Source of the DNA: a virus
IMG/VR virus record: IMGVR_UViG_3300050498_000085
Direction: 5' to 3' (one strand)
Length of the DNA: 61,532 nucleotides
The notes under the pieces are model-generated. The model was not told the DNA's origin. It did no database searches and saw only the letters and a program-made list of their open reading frames with translations. Each line of letters begins with the position of its first letter. Position 1 is the stretch's first letter. The translations under genes and the position numbers were made by a program. Shown here in pieces: positions 17,212 through 25,434 of this stretch.

Positions 17212-17553
17212 ATGAGCAAGTCGAGCGATCGCAAAGTCTGGGAGGCCATGCTGAAGAGCGGCTCCGAGAGCCAAAAGAAGATCGCTCGCGAGAAGTTGGC
17301 CAAGCTGGATCGGCAAGAGGCCGGAGCGAAGCGGTCCGGGGCAACCCGGGCCGGTCGTTACCGCATTGACTCCGGTCGCAAGAAGAAGACGTCATGGCTT
17401 CCTGGCGCTTGGGGCAGTCCTAAGCGTCCTCCAGCGGACGAAGCCCATCTGTGGGTGTCCTGTCCAAAGAACATTCTGGTGCGTGGCGCACATGGCGGGA
17501 CCGAATGGGTGCAATGTCCGAACTGTGGCGGGACTGGTTGGAAGCGGAGGTAA
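17212..17553 (+). CDS. hypothetical protein, 113 aa, with DnaJ-type CxxCxGxG zinc knuckle
   Basis: ..WVQCPNCGGTGWKRR at the C-terminus; ATG 1 nt after upstream stop. Confidence 0.65.
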   Translation: MSKSSDRKVWEAMLKSGSESQKKIAREKLAKLDRQEAGAKRSGATRAGRYRIDSGRKKKTSWLPGAWGSPKRPPADEAHLWVSCPKNILVRGAHGGTEWVQCPNCGGTGWKRR

Positions 17554-17561
17554 GGATTGAC

Positions 17562-17726
17562 ATGGACCCGATTGGCATACTCGGCGTCATAGTCTTTTTG
17601 CTGATCATCTTGAATCAGCCCGTCCGGGGCGACGCGATGCCGGCTCGAAAGGATGTGGTCAAGGGAAGCGGTAACGGCCTGTTGATAATCGCTCTTATCA
17701 TTGTGCTAATTATCATCGCGGCGTAG
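17562..17726 (+). CDS. small membrane protein, 54 aa
   Basis: Two Ile/Leu-rich segments (ILGVIVFLLIIL; LLIIALIIVLIIIAA); AT-richer than surroundings. Confidence 0.5.
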   Translation: MDPIGILGVIVFLLIILNQPVRGDAMPARKDVVKGSGNGLLIIALIIVLIIIAA

Positions 17727-17755
17727 CTGCGGCAAACAAGAGGGAGGATCTCCGA

Positions 17756-18823
17756 ATGAAGACGAGTCGAGCTATTGGAGGAATGGTCATGCGAGGAATC
17801 GGCGTCACGTTGTGCGCCCTGTTGGGGGTGCTGTCCGGGGGAGCTACCGCCGAGGCATATCCTTCAACCCCATCGGGTTGGGCCGCGCTCTTCGCCGGTC
17901 TGCCGATGTCCGGCGATGGCATGGTGAGCGTGAAGCTCGATTCCAGCCGGGTCGCCTTCTTGACCGGCGACTCCATCCCGCGTGCCGGTGGGCAGTGGGC
18001 GCATTCGACCATCACGGTGGTCTCTGGATCGACCGCGACCATGATGCAGCCGAACTACCCGAATCTCAACCCATATCAGGTGATCAACGAGACCGGCGAG
18101 GTGTACCACTGGCTCGGCCCGGCCGCTGCGCCCGGCAACAATCGGATCTACGTGCTGGCGCCGAAGGTGAAATCCACGCCCGGCGTATGGCCCGGATTCG
18201 CCAGCGTCGGGATGGACGTCGCGGTGTTCAGTTACACCGCGACAACCGGGCCGGTCTTCATGACCTTCGTGCCGGCTCCGTCCGGTGGCCCGGTGGCCAT
18301 GGAGTGGAGTGGCGGTTTCGTCGCCAAGGGCTCCACTCTGTACGCATTCGGCGTGACCAAGGATGCCACGGATGGATGGACCGGACGGGACGTGTACGTG
18401 GCGCGGATCTCCTCATTCGACGTCGCCAGCGGGGCCTGGAAGTACGGACACGCGGATGCGCTCGGCGTGATGCAGTGGAGTTCCGACGCGGGCACGGCCG
18501 CTCCCATTCTGCGCAGCAGCGTGGATGGCGGTGTGGAGAACAGTTTCTCCGCCACGTGGAACGGCACGGGATGGAAGCTCGCGAGCCGGCACGGCGGTCG
18601 GTGGGGACCGGGCCAGGTCACCGAGTGGTCGACCCCGGTACTCGGCTCGCCGTGGCTCCAGACGACCATCGCCACCGTGCCGAACGACGATCCGTCCACG
18701 CCCGAGAACGAAGGCGCGTACCTGGCCTGGAAGCACTACGCCGTTCCGGCGCTCCCGTCCGGGCAGCGGCTGATGACGTACAACGTCGAGGGGCATGACG
18801 CGGTCTGGGCCAGCGTGCCCTGA
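17756..18823 (+). CDS. secreted protein, 355 aa (Sec-type signal peptide; beta-rich, possibly glycosidase-like/DUF4185-like, unverified)
   Basis: RBS AGAGGGAGG; N-terminus MKTSRAIGGMVMRGIGVTLCALLGVLSGGATAEA/YP. Confidence 0.8.
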   Translation: MKTSRAIGGMVMRGIGVTLCALLGVLSGGATAEAYPSTPSGWAALFAGLPMSGDGMVSVKLDSSRVAFLTGDSIPRAGGQWAHSTITVVSGSTATMMQPNYPNLNPYQVINETGEVYHWLGPAAAPGNNRIYVLAPKVKSTPGVWPGFASVGMDVAVFSYTATTGPVFMTFVPAPSGGPVAMEWSGGFVAKGSTLYAFGVTKDATDGWTGRDVYVARISSFDVASGAWKYGHADALGVMQWSSDAGTAAPILRSSVDGGVENSFSATWNGTGWKLASRHGGRWGPGQVTEWSTPVLGSPWLQTTIATVPNDDPSTPENEGAYLAWKHYAVPALPSGQRLMTYNVEGHDAVWASVP

Positions 18824-19079
18824 GCCGCCATGGCCCTACGATGGACCGAGGGCAACGATGCCTGCAGAACGGTACGAGGAGACCGGCCCGGCCCTGATTG
18901 TCCAGGAGGGTCCAACTCCGGCCCAGCGCCGTGCAGTCCTGCGTAGCCGCGCCCCCGCTACCCGGGCCATCGTCCACCGCGTCCGTGTCCGGCGACTCCA
19001 GGAGGCGCTCCGCCAGGCGCGCCAGTCGCTACGTCGAGGTACGGTCAGACGCGCACGACCCTTCGCCGGAGGAGCCACC

Positions 19080-21002
19080 GTGGATGTCACCATCGAGAAG
19101 TTCGATACTCCAAATGGGCCGCGCATCTACATTCGCAGTCCGTACTCCGAGATCAATCGGGATCGATGCAAGGCCATCCCGGGTGCGAGGTGGAACAAGA
19201 CGGCGAAGGCTTGGAGCTACCCACTGGATCTTGAAGTCTGTGCGGAGGCGCGCCGGTGGTTCGGTAGCTCGCTCCAGATCGGGCCGCAGCTTTGGGCATG
19301 GGCGGCCGAGGAGAAGCGTCGCGAGGGCGAGCTGATCAAGACGGCCCGGTTGGACCCGACCGTCAAGCATCCTTTGCCCGGTGTCGAGGCGCTCGCCCCG
19401 AAGCTCGCAGCCGCCATGTACTCCCGTGGCTACCAGACCGTGGCCGCAAAGTTCGGCGCGCTCTCCGGGACGCACATCAATGGCGATGAGATGGGCTTGG
19501 GAAAGTGTGTCGAGTCGATGGGCGCCCTTCTGGAGCGCGGGACATACGGCAAGATCCTCGTTATCGCTCCGCTCCGCGCGCTCGCCGGTACGTGGATGGG
19601 CGAGATCGACAAATGGCTGGATGACGCAAAGCTCTCCGTTGTCGCTATCAATTCCACGGTCCAGCCGTACAAGACCAAGCCGGGACTACGGTCGGCGACA
19701 TCAGCCGAGCGTCATGAGGCCATAGCTCGCTATCGGCGCGAGGCTGAGACGGCCGGCATGTCCTTCCTCTTGATCAATCCGGAGATGCTCCGGATGAACA
19801 AGATCAAAAGCGAGGAGACCGGGAAGCTCATCGCCTGGGAGCTGGAGTATCCGGAGCTGTTCGAGATTGAGTGGGATGCCGTCATTGCGGATGAGACGCA
19901 TCGGTACCTCCTGAACCCTTCGAAGCGCTCGAACAACTCCAGCCAGGTTGGTCAAGGCGCAGCTTCGCTCAAGACTTCGCGTGACGGCGTCAAGATCGCG
20001 CTGACCGGCTCTATCCTGAAGGGGAAGCGTCGGAACCTCTGGGGCACCCTCCACTTCCTGTGGCCGGAAAAGTACACGAGCCGGTGGCGTTGGGTCGGCA
20101 AGTTCTTCCGTCGCAATCCCAACCCGTGGAGCGATTACGACTACACGGATGACTTCATCGATGAGGTGGCTGAGAAGGAATTTGGTCGTGAGTTGGATGC
20201 CATGATGATTCGGCGTACGGCCGATGAACTTCACGCGATCAATCCGGAGTGGGCACCTCCGCCGGTTCAGTACTATGAGCGCTGGGTGGAGTTGGGACCG
20301 AAGCAGCGGGACCAGTATGAGCAAATGCTTCACGAGCAGGCGGTGGAGCTAGGTGATCGGACCTTGCTAGCCAATGGGATTCTCTCCCATATGACCCGTC
20401 TTCGCCAGCTCGCAAGTTGCTGCGGTGAGATGATCGGTGATGACTTCCGGCCGACTCTTCCGTCCGCGAAGTTCGATGAGCTGATTGAGGTCCTGTACGA
20501 GCTGGGGATCACCGGTCGGCCCGAGACCGAATCCGGCGACGGCAAGGTGATCGTTGCGTCGCAGTTCACCAGCATGATCAAGGTCTGGTACAGGGCTCTT
20601 CTAGATCGCGGTATCCCGGCATTGATGATTACCGGCGAGACCAATGTGGGTGACACCGAACAGATTCGGAACGCTTTTCAGAACGACGAAGAGCACCGAG
20701 TCATTCTTCTGAATACGAATGCGGGTGGTGTCTCGTTGACACTGGACCGCGCCGACGATGTTGTGATCATGGATGAGACCTGGGTGCCGGACGATCAAGA
20801 CCAGGTCATCGGCCGGGCGCGTCGAGCGTCGAATGTTCGGCATCAGGTCCGAGCTACGTTCATCCGCTCTCGCGACACCTTCGAAGAGGACATTGCCCGT
20901 GAGGTCGGCGAGAAGGATTGGAACCAGTACCGAGTGTTGGACGCTCGGCGCGGAGTCGAGTGGGCAAAGCGCAATCTGCGGGTCAAGGAGGAAGCAGCAT
21001 GA
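19080..21002 (+). CDS. SNF2/RAD54-family helicase, about 640 aa (start could be ATG 18858 or 18795)
   Basis: DEMGLGKC (motif I), ADETHRY (II), NTNAGGVSLTL (V), QDQVIGRARR (VI); GTG 19080 directly follows GGAGGAGCCACC. Confidence 0.85.
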   Translation: MDVTIEKFDTPNGPRIYIRSPYSEINRDRCKAIPGARWNKTAKAWSYPLDLEVCAEARRWFGSSLQIGPQLWAWAAEEKRREGELIKTARLDPTVKHPLPGVEALAPKLAAAMYSRGYQTVAAKFGALSGTHINGDEMGLGKCVESMGALLERGTYGKILVIAPLRALAGTWMGEIDKWLDDAKLSVVAINSTVQPYKTKPGLRSATSAERHEAIARYRREAETAGMSFLLINPEMLRMNKIKSEETGKLIAWELEYPELFEIEWDAVIADETHRYLLNPSKRSNNSSQVGQGAASLKTSRDGVKIALTGSILKGKRRNLWGTLHFLWPEKYTSRWRWVGKFFRRNPNPWSDYDYTDDFIDEVAEKEFGRELDAMMIRRTADELHAINPEWAPPPVQYYERWVELGPKQRDQYEQMLHEQAVELGDRTLLANGILSHMTRLRQLASCCGEMIGDDFRPTLPSAKFDELIEVLYELGITGRPETESGDGKVIVASQFTSMIKVWYRALLDRGIPALMITGETNVGDTEQIRNAFQNDEEHRVILLNTNAGGVSLTLDRADDVVIMDETWVPDDQDQVIGRARRASNVRHQVRATFIRSRDTFEEDIAREVGEKDWNQYRVLDARRGVEWAKRNLRVKEEAA

Positions 21003-21232
21003 ACACGGTCCGAGGCGAATGGGGGAAGGTCCCTAATGTAGAAGTGGAGTACGACGTCACCGAGCACGTCAAGTTCGGCCTGCGATGGTGGACGGGTCGG
21101 AAGACCACCATGAACTGGTTCACGGTCGGACCCATGCGAGTGGACGACCGATTCAAAGGCCAGATCGTCGGTGTGATGGTGACGGTCGCCGGCCGCGTAT
21201 ACGGAGTCTCGTTCAACGAATGGTGGACATGA
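20999..21232 (+). CDS. hypothetical protein, 77 aa
   Basis: ATGA overlap with helicase stop. Confidence 0.65.
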   Translation: MNTVRGEWGKVPNVEVEYDVTEHVKFGLRWWTGRKTTMNWFTVGPMRVDDRFKGQIVGVMVTVAGRVYGVSFNEWWT

Positions 21233-21459
21233 TGCCCGGGTCGCTCCTCATACTCCTACTGGTGCTGGCGACCCTGTCTGGCGGAGCTATCGGCTTCGTC
21301 ATCGGCAGTTCGCGAGGACGCAAGCTAGGGCGCAAGAGCGCCTGGGACGAGTGGGCGAGGCATACGGGGCATGAGCCGCCTGTCAGCCTCAACCAGCAAC
21401 CCGCGCTTCCTCTGCAGCCCAAACCGGCAACTCAGGATAGTGCGGAGTTCATGCATTAG
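21229..21459 (+). CDS. small membrane protein, 76 aa
   Basis: ATGA overlap; N-terminal TM segment LLILLLVLATLSGGAIGFVIG. Confidence 0.6.
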   Translation: MMPGSLLILLLVLATLSGGAIGFVIGSSRGRKLGRKSAWDEWARHTGHEPPVSLNQQPALPLQPKPATQDSAEFMH

Positions 21460-21475
21460 ATATATGCATAGATAT
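21451..21475. repeat. AT-rich tandem duplication ATGCATTAGATAT / ATGCATAGATAT (contains palindrome TATGCATA)
   Basis: Read directly; overlaps stop of 21229..21459; upstream of 21561. Confidence 0.7.
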
Positions 21476-21560
21476 GCCGAATCAAGCTGAACGCCAGTTC
21501 GTCTGGAGTAGTAGGTTCGATCCGAACGCAATACCCGCCGGAACCAGCCAAGGAGAAGAC

Positions 21561-22055
21561 ATGCCTCCCAAGTCCAAGACCACGCGCGAGCCGCTCGTGG
21601 AGATCGACCCCAGGTACGAGCTGTTCAAGCAGTACCTAGTGGAGCAGGTGGACGAGAAGTTCGCCGAAATCCCGCCCGATCACCTCCAGATCGCCATCCG
21701 CAACTACGGCGCGTTCCAGCGCTCCGACATGAACCGGCAGGCGAACGAGGAGCGCAAGGCCGGCAACGCCGAGGAGCGCGAGGAGCGCGCACGGAAGGCC
21801 GAGGAGCGGCGCCAGGCCGCAGCCGAGAAGCGCGAGGTGGCCGAGGCGCGCCGGGCCGAGCGCGAGGCGGCCAAGGCGGCCAAGGCCGAGGCGAAGGCAG
21901 CCGAGCCTGCGAAGGCCACGAAGGCGGCCAAGGCCAGCAAGTCCACTCCTGCTCCGGTCGCCGACCCGACCGCGACTCCGGCGAGCGCTCCCGCTCCGGC
22001 GAAGGCCGCGAAGGCGACCAAGCGCGCGGGTACCGGGGCCAAGGCGCCCTTCTGA
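21561..22055 (+). CDS. hypothetical protein, 164 aa, Glu/Arg/Ala/Lys-rich charged C-terminal half ending GAKAPF
   Basis: RBS AAGGAGAAG; last 4 residues and the following hairpin are shared with the SSB-like gene. Confidence 0.75.
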   Translation: MPPKSKTTREPLVEIDPRYELFKQYLVEQVDEKFAEIPPDHLQIAIRNYGAFQRSDMNRQANEERKAGNAEEREERARKAEERRQAAAEKREVAEARRAEREAAKAAKAEAKAAEPAKATKAAKASKSTPAPVADPTATPASAPAPAKAAKATKRAGTGAKAPF

Positions 22056-22062
22056 GGGCGCC
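22043..22062 (+). terminator. 8-bp stem-loop GGCGCCCT-tctg-AGGGCGCC spanning stop codon TGA 22053..22055
   Basis: Perfect inverted repeat read directly; near-identical cassette at 25225..25243. Confidence 0.55.
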
Positions 22063-22069
22063 GACGATC

Positions 22070-22121
22070 GGTGCGGCGCTCCCCCGATCCCGGGCGCCAG
22101 GTAGAACGGGGGAGCCGCACC
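22070..22121 (+). terminator. long GC-rich hairpin GGTGCGGC(G)CTCCCCCG ... CGGGGGAGCCGCACC
   Basis: 15 bp with one bulge, about 20-nt loop. Confidence 0.5.
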
Positions 22122-22126
22122 CCTAG

Positions 22127-22163
22127 CGGACGGGTGGGAACCGGCACGGACACCGCCCGTCCG
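22127..22163 (+). terminator. GC-rich hairpin CGGACGGGTGG ... CCGCCCGTCCG
   Basis: 8 perfect bp, then a G-U pair and 2 more bp. Confidence 0.5.
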
Positions 22164-22251
22164 TCTAGGAGATCGGCCGAGGGGTTGGGGTGGCTCCTCT
22201 CTCGGCCGGTCCCCTAGGTGCAACGCTAGGGAACAGAGAGACAGAGATACA

Positions 22252-23286
22252 GTGGATACAGAGCCTGAGGGCGAACAAGTTCAAATACCGACCTTCACCA
22301 CTTCGGAGCGGCGTGCTGCGAAGCGGTGTATTGCTCGGTGGTGGTGGGAGTACCGCGAGGGATTGCGACCGCCCGATCCAAACATCAAGCTGTGGTTCGG
22401 CATCGGAATCCATGAAGCTCTCGCCGTGTACTACGGACGGACCGGGTACAAACGCGACCGGAGCTACATCGACCGCTGGCGTGAATACTGCGACGCGGAT
22501 GAATACTCCCGAGCCATCAGGGTCCGGTTGGACGACACCGGCAAGGATGAGTCCGAGTGGATGGACGCTCGCGCGCTCGGTGAGAACTTGTTGTTGGAAT
22601 ATCCGGAATGGTGGGGCGGTGACCCGAATTGGGACGTCATCGCCACCGAGCGGCCATTTGCCATCGAGATCCCGGACCCCGATGATCCGGATCAGACGGT
22701 CGGCATCTTCAAGTCGACCTTCGATGGTGTCTATCGCGACAAGAGCGATGGCCGCATCCGATTGATGGAGCACAAGACCACGACGGATACGAACACGTCA
22801 TGGCTCGCCTTGGATGACCAAGGTGGCGCCTATTGGGCTTTAGCGCCGCTCATCCTCCGCGACTCGGGTGTACTCGGACCGCGCGACTCCATCCACTCCA
22901 TACAGTACAACTTCATCCGCAAGGCCAAGCCGGATGACCGTCCCCGGAACGCGGCCGGCCTCTACCTGAACCAAAATGGCTCCGTCTCCAAGGTCCAGCC
23001 CAAGCCGCGTTTCTTCCGACCCGACCCGGTACGCCGCACCAAGCGCGAGCAGGCTACACAGATCCGTCGCATCGCCGATGAGTTGCTAGCGTTGGAGCGC
23101 TTCCGGACCGGCGAGCTACGCATCACCAAGACTCCCACTCGGGACTGCCACTGGGATTGCGCATTCTTCCAGATGTGTCAGCTTCACGAGATGGGCGGTC
23201 CAGACTGGACCGAGTACCGGGATGCCGTGTATCTGGTCGAGGACCCGTACAGCCGGTACAAGCTTCGCAAGTCCGCATCGTCCTAA
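22252..23286 (+). CDS. PD-(D/E)XK exonuclease, Cas4/RecB-like with Fe-S cysteines
   Basis: N-terminal Cys (AAKRC) plus C-terminal CHWDCAFFQMC; ..FDGVYRD..IRLMEHKT (D..ExK); QGGAYWAL. Confidence 0.8.
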   Translation: MDTEPEGEQVQIPTFTTSERRAAKRCIARWWWEYREGLRPPDPNIKLWFGIGIHEALAVYYGRTGYKRDRSYIDRWREYCDADEYSRAIRVRLDDTGKDESEWMDARALGENLLLEYPEWWGGDPNWDVIATERPFAIEIPDPDDPDQTVGIFKSTFDGVYRDKSDGRIRLMEHKTTTDTNTSWLALDDQGGAYWALAPLILRDSGVLGPRDSIHSIQYNFIRKAKPDDRPRNAAGLYLNQNGSVSKVQPKPRFFRPDPVRRTKREQATQIRRIADELLALERFRTGELRITKTPTRDCHWDCAFFQMCQLHEMGGPDWTEYRDAVYLVEDPYSRYKLRKSASS

Positions 23287-23296
23287 GAGGACGGTC
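23280..23296 (+). repeat. dispersed motif copy GTCCTAAGAGGACGGTC (TAA = exonuclease stop)
   Basis: Read directly; 16 nt upstream of ATG 23313. Confidence 0.8.
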
Positions 23297-23312
23297 AACC
23301 CGGAGGAGAGTC

Positions 23313-23621
23313 ATGGCCAATGTGAGTCCGGACTACGGACTGTCAAGGGAGACGCGCGCCTATGCCATCTGGCTCGGTGTACGGCTCGGAAAGCACGTCG
23401 CGGAGTCAGACAAGACGGCCGAGATGGACAAGTGGAAGGGGTGGTGCTTTGAGGCGTTCCGCCTCAACGGACTGAACTGGACGCCGGCCGGCTCGGACTT
23501 CGAGTCCCAGGTGCGGTTCATGGTCGACACCATCAATGACGTCCTGCTCGCTGGCTCCACGATGGAGGTTCGCCTAGCCTCCAAGAGTCCGCAGTGGGTT
23601 GCCAACCCTGAGGCCGGCTGA
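23313..23621 (+). CDS. hypothetical protein, 102 aa
   Basis: RBS GGAGGAGAG; ATG 23313 within ORF-track 23157..23621. Confidence 0.7.
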   Translation: MANVSPDYGLSRETRAYAIWLGVRLGKHVAESDKTAEMDKWKGWCFEAFRLNGLNWTPAGSDFESQVRFMVDTINDVLLAGSTMEVRLASKSPQWVANPEAG

Positions 23622-24658
23622 TGCCCCCGAAGCTCCCACGGGCGATTGTTGACCCGGCTGAGCACCGGTCCAAGCATCCGAACATCCTCATCTACGGGCC
23701 GAGCGGAGTTGGGAAGACCCCCTGGATCATGCAACTCCCAAATCTCCTGGTTCTGAGCGTCGACCCAGAGGGAACCATATCGGCCCGGACCTGGGGGAAG
23801 GGCACGAAGATCTGGCCCATCCGCCGGTACCCGGACTTCGTGGCCGCCATGGAGTACCTGGAGAAAGGCGAGCACCCCTTCAAGTACGTCCTGGTAGACA
23901 CCATCGGGACGCTTCAGACCCGTCTGCTCCGCGAGATCCTGGAGGCCGCGCACAGGATCAATCCGGCGAAGTACCATCGCGACATTCCGCAGATTCAGGA
24001 CCATCAGCACTGGCAGCTCGTGCTGAAGCGGATCGTCATGGATCTCAACGACATGCCGATCACCGTCATCTGGACCGCTCACGAGATGCTGCGGGAGGAC
24101 GCCAACGGGGATGAGATGACGCTGCCGCTGTTGCCGGGCGGCAAGAACCAGTACGAGATCAGCATGTGGGTCCTGTCGATCATGCATGTGGTCGGCCGGG
24201 TCGGTGTGAAATCCGTGGAGCTGAAAGGAGGTAGCCTGCGGTACGACCGTGGGGTGATCTTCGCGAACCGTCCACCGGTCGTGGCGCGAGATCGGACCGG
24301 GACGCTCCCGGAGTCCCTCCGCATCGCAGCCGGTCCGCGAATCGAGACCACCTTCAGTGAGATCATGGACATGATCGAGGCCGGAGGTGAGGCTGCGCTG
24401 GAGCGGGCCGAGGCCATGGTGGAAGCTCGCACCGACGATCCGGCCGAGATCGCAGGCGACATGATCGACGCACAGGATGCGATCGACATGCAGGACCGTG
24501 ACGAGTCCGAAGCGGACGGACAGACTGAGACCGACCGGATGGTGGCCGAGCAGAACGGCGACGATCCGTACGACGAAGCTCCGCCAACCAAGACGGCCGC
24601 GAAGAAAGCGGCCCCCAAGAAGTCCGGCCGGAAGTTCCAGCCGGCAGATGAGGAGTAG
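23621..24658 (+). CDS. AAA_24/RecA-like recombination ATPase (Sak4-like), acidic C-terminal third
   Basis: Walker A ILIYGPSGVGKTP, Walker B-like YVLVDTIG; synteny between exonuclease and SSB-like gene. Confidence 0.8.
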   Translation: MPPKLPRAIVDPAEHRSKHPNILIYGPSGVGKTPWIMQLPNLLVLSVDPEGTISARTWGKGTKIWPIRRYPDFVAAMEYLEKGEHPFKYVLVDTIGTLQTRLLREILEAAHRINPAKYHRDIPQIQDHQHWQLVLKRIVMDLNDMPITVIWTAHEMLREDANGDEMTLPLLPGGKNQYEISMWVLSIMHVVGRVGVKSVELKGGSLRYDRGVIFANRPPVVARDRTGTLPESLRIAAGPRIETTFSEIMDMIEAGGEAALERAEAMVEARTDDPAEIAGDMIDAQDAIDMQDRDESEADGQTETDRMVAEQNGDDPYDEAPPTKTAAKKAAPKKSGRKFQPADEE

Positions 24659-24661
24659 GCA

Positions 24662-25237
24662 ATGCCGAAGGCACGATGGGCAGTCCCGTCCGAAGAGCCG
24701 GAGGACGTCGAGAGCTATGACGTCTATGACGGTGAGAAGCCGCCAGCCGGCGTGTACGCGGTCCGGCTGACCCGGCTCACCGTGAAGGCCAACAAGAACG
24801 ACGACCCGATGCTGAATGGCCTTCTGGTGGTCGCCGAGCCGAAGGGGAGCACCAAGTCCCAGTACAACGGCTACCCCATCTGGTTCAACCAGAACGTCAC
24901 CGAACAGGGCGCGCCGTACGTCAAGCAGTTCCTCGCTGCGCTCGGCATCACCTGGGCCGAGTTCCGGACCAAGACGGTGACCGAGGGCGACATGCCCGAG
25001 CGCAAGGGCGAGCCGGCGACCCGCATCATGAAGATCGGTTCCGTCAAGTTCAACGACGGGAACGAGCCGGCCCTGCGGGTCGCCACCAAGGAGGACAGCT
25101 ACAACAGCGCGCCGAAGCTCTCGGTGGTCCAGTTCATGAAGCCACGCGACCAAGCGAACGAGGAGGACGACGCGGACGAGTCCGGCGACTCGGACGACGA
25201 CGACAGCGCTACCCCGGGCGGCAAGGCGCCCTTCTAG
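24662..25237 (+). CDS. single-stranded DNA-binding protein, T7 gp2.5/DUF669-like
   Basis: Acidic tail ..EEDDADESGDSDDDDSATPGGKAPF with terminal Phe; position after the AAA_24 ATPase (recall of this module). Confidence 0.65.
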   Translation: MPKARWAVPSEEPEDVESYDVYDGEKPPAGVYAVRLTRLTVKANKNDDPMLNGLLVVAEPKGSTKSQYNGYPIWFNQNVTEQGAPYVKQFLAALGITWAEFRTKTVTEGDMPERKGEPATRIMKIGSVKFNDGNEPALRVATKEDSYNSAPKLSVVQFMKPRDQANEEDDADESGDSDDDDSATPGGKAPF

Positions 25238-25243
25238 GGCGCC
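25225..25243 (+). terminator. 8-bp stem-loop GGCGCCCT-tct-AGGGCGCC spanning stop codon TAG 25235..25237
   Basis: Same cassette as 22043..22062. Confidence 0.55.
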
Positions 25244-25262
25244 GAGCGGTCCTGTCGTCCGT

Positions 25263-25304
25263 GGCAGGGTCTTGGGGCGTAGAGCGGCGACCCGAGACCC
25301 TGCC
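25263..25304 (+). terminator. hairpin GGCAGGGTCT ... AGACCCTGCC (10-bp perfect stem)
   Basis: Read directly, 26 nt after the SSB-like stop. Confidence 0.55.
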
Positions 25305-25434
25305 AGTCCGTCTCGCTCCAAACTAGGGGGCACGCCGGTGTGTACGAGGATCGGTCGGAGAGTCTTGCTCCGCGCGCTCGCGCGTAGGCCCCCGCCCGCG
25401 AGGCTCAGGGCTCCAGTACCGCGAGAGAGTTGTG

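Noticed and set aside
17812-18798. 328-aa alternative-frame + strand ORF inside the secreted-protein gene
   Set aside because: The product is Arg-rich and low-complexity. The overlapping frame (17756..18823) has an RBS, a signal peptide and normal composition.
18795-19079. 95-aa N-terminal extension of the SNF2 helicase ORF
   Set aside because: The extension is Arg/Pro/Ala-rich. GTG 19080 directly follows GGAGGAGCCACC, the start-associated string used by four other early genes. ATG 18858 cannot be fully excluded.
20871-20895. TCGAAGAGGAC (and GTCCGGAAGTAGAG at 42342) as further dispersed-motif copies
   Set aside because: Each needs an indel relative to the core and lacks the GTCC or arm context. 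They are too degenerate to count without statistics.
21505-21535. tRNA-like T-loop string GGTTCGATCC
   Set aside because: The flanking bases cannot form a T-stem (GTAGG against CGAAC). I found no acceptor or anticodon arms around it. I found no tRNA anywhere in the window.
23360-25333. 657-aa minus-strand ORF (similar long minus-strand ORFs at 52486..54126, 49804..50919, 55113..56228, 10214..11194, 38109..39128)
   Set aside because: The products are Arg/Gly/Pro/Leu-rich with no motifs. They lie antisense to well-supported + strand genes (ATPase/SSB, capsid, portal, glycanase, lysin, ThyX-like). This is typical of open antisense frames in high-GC DNA.
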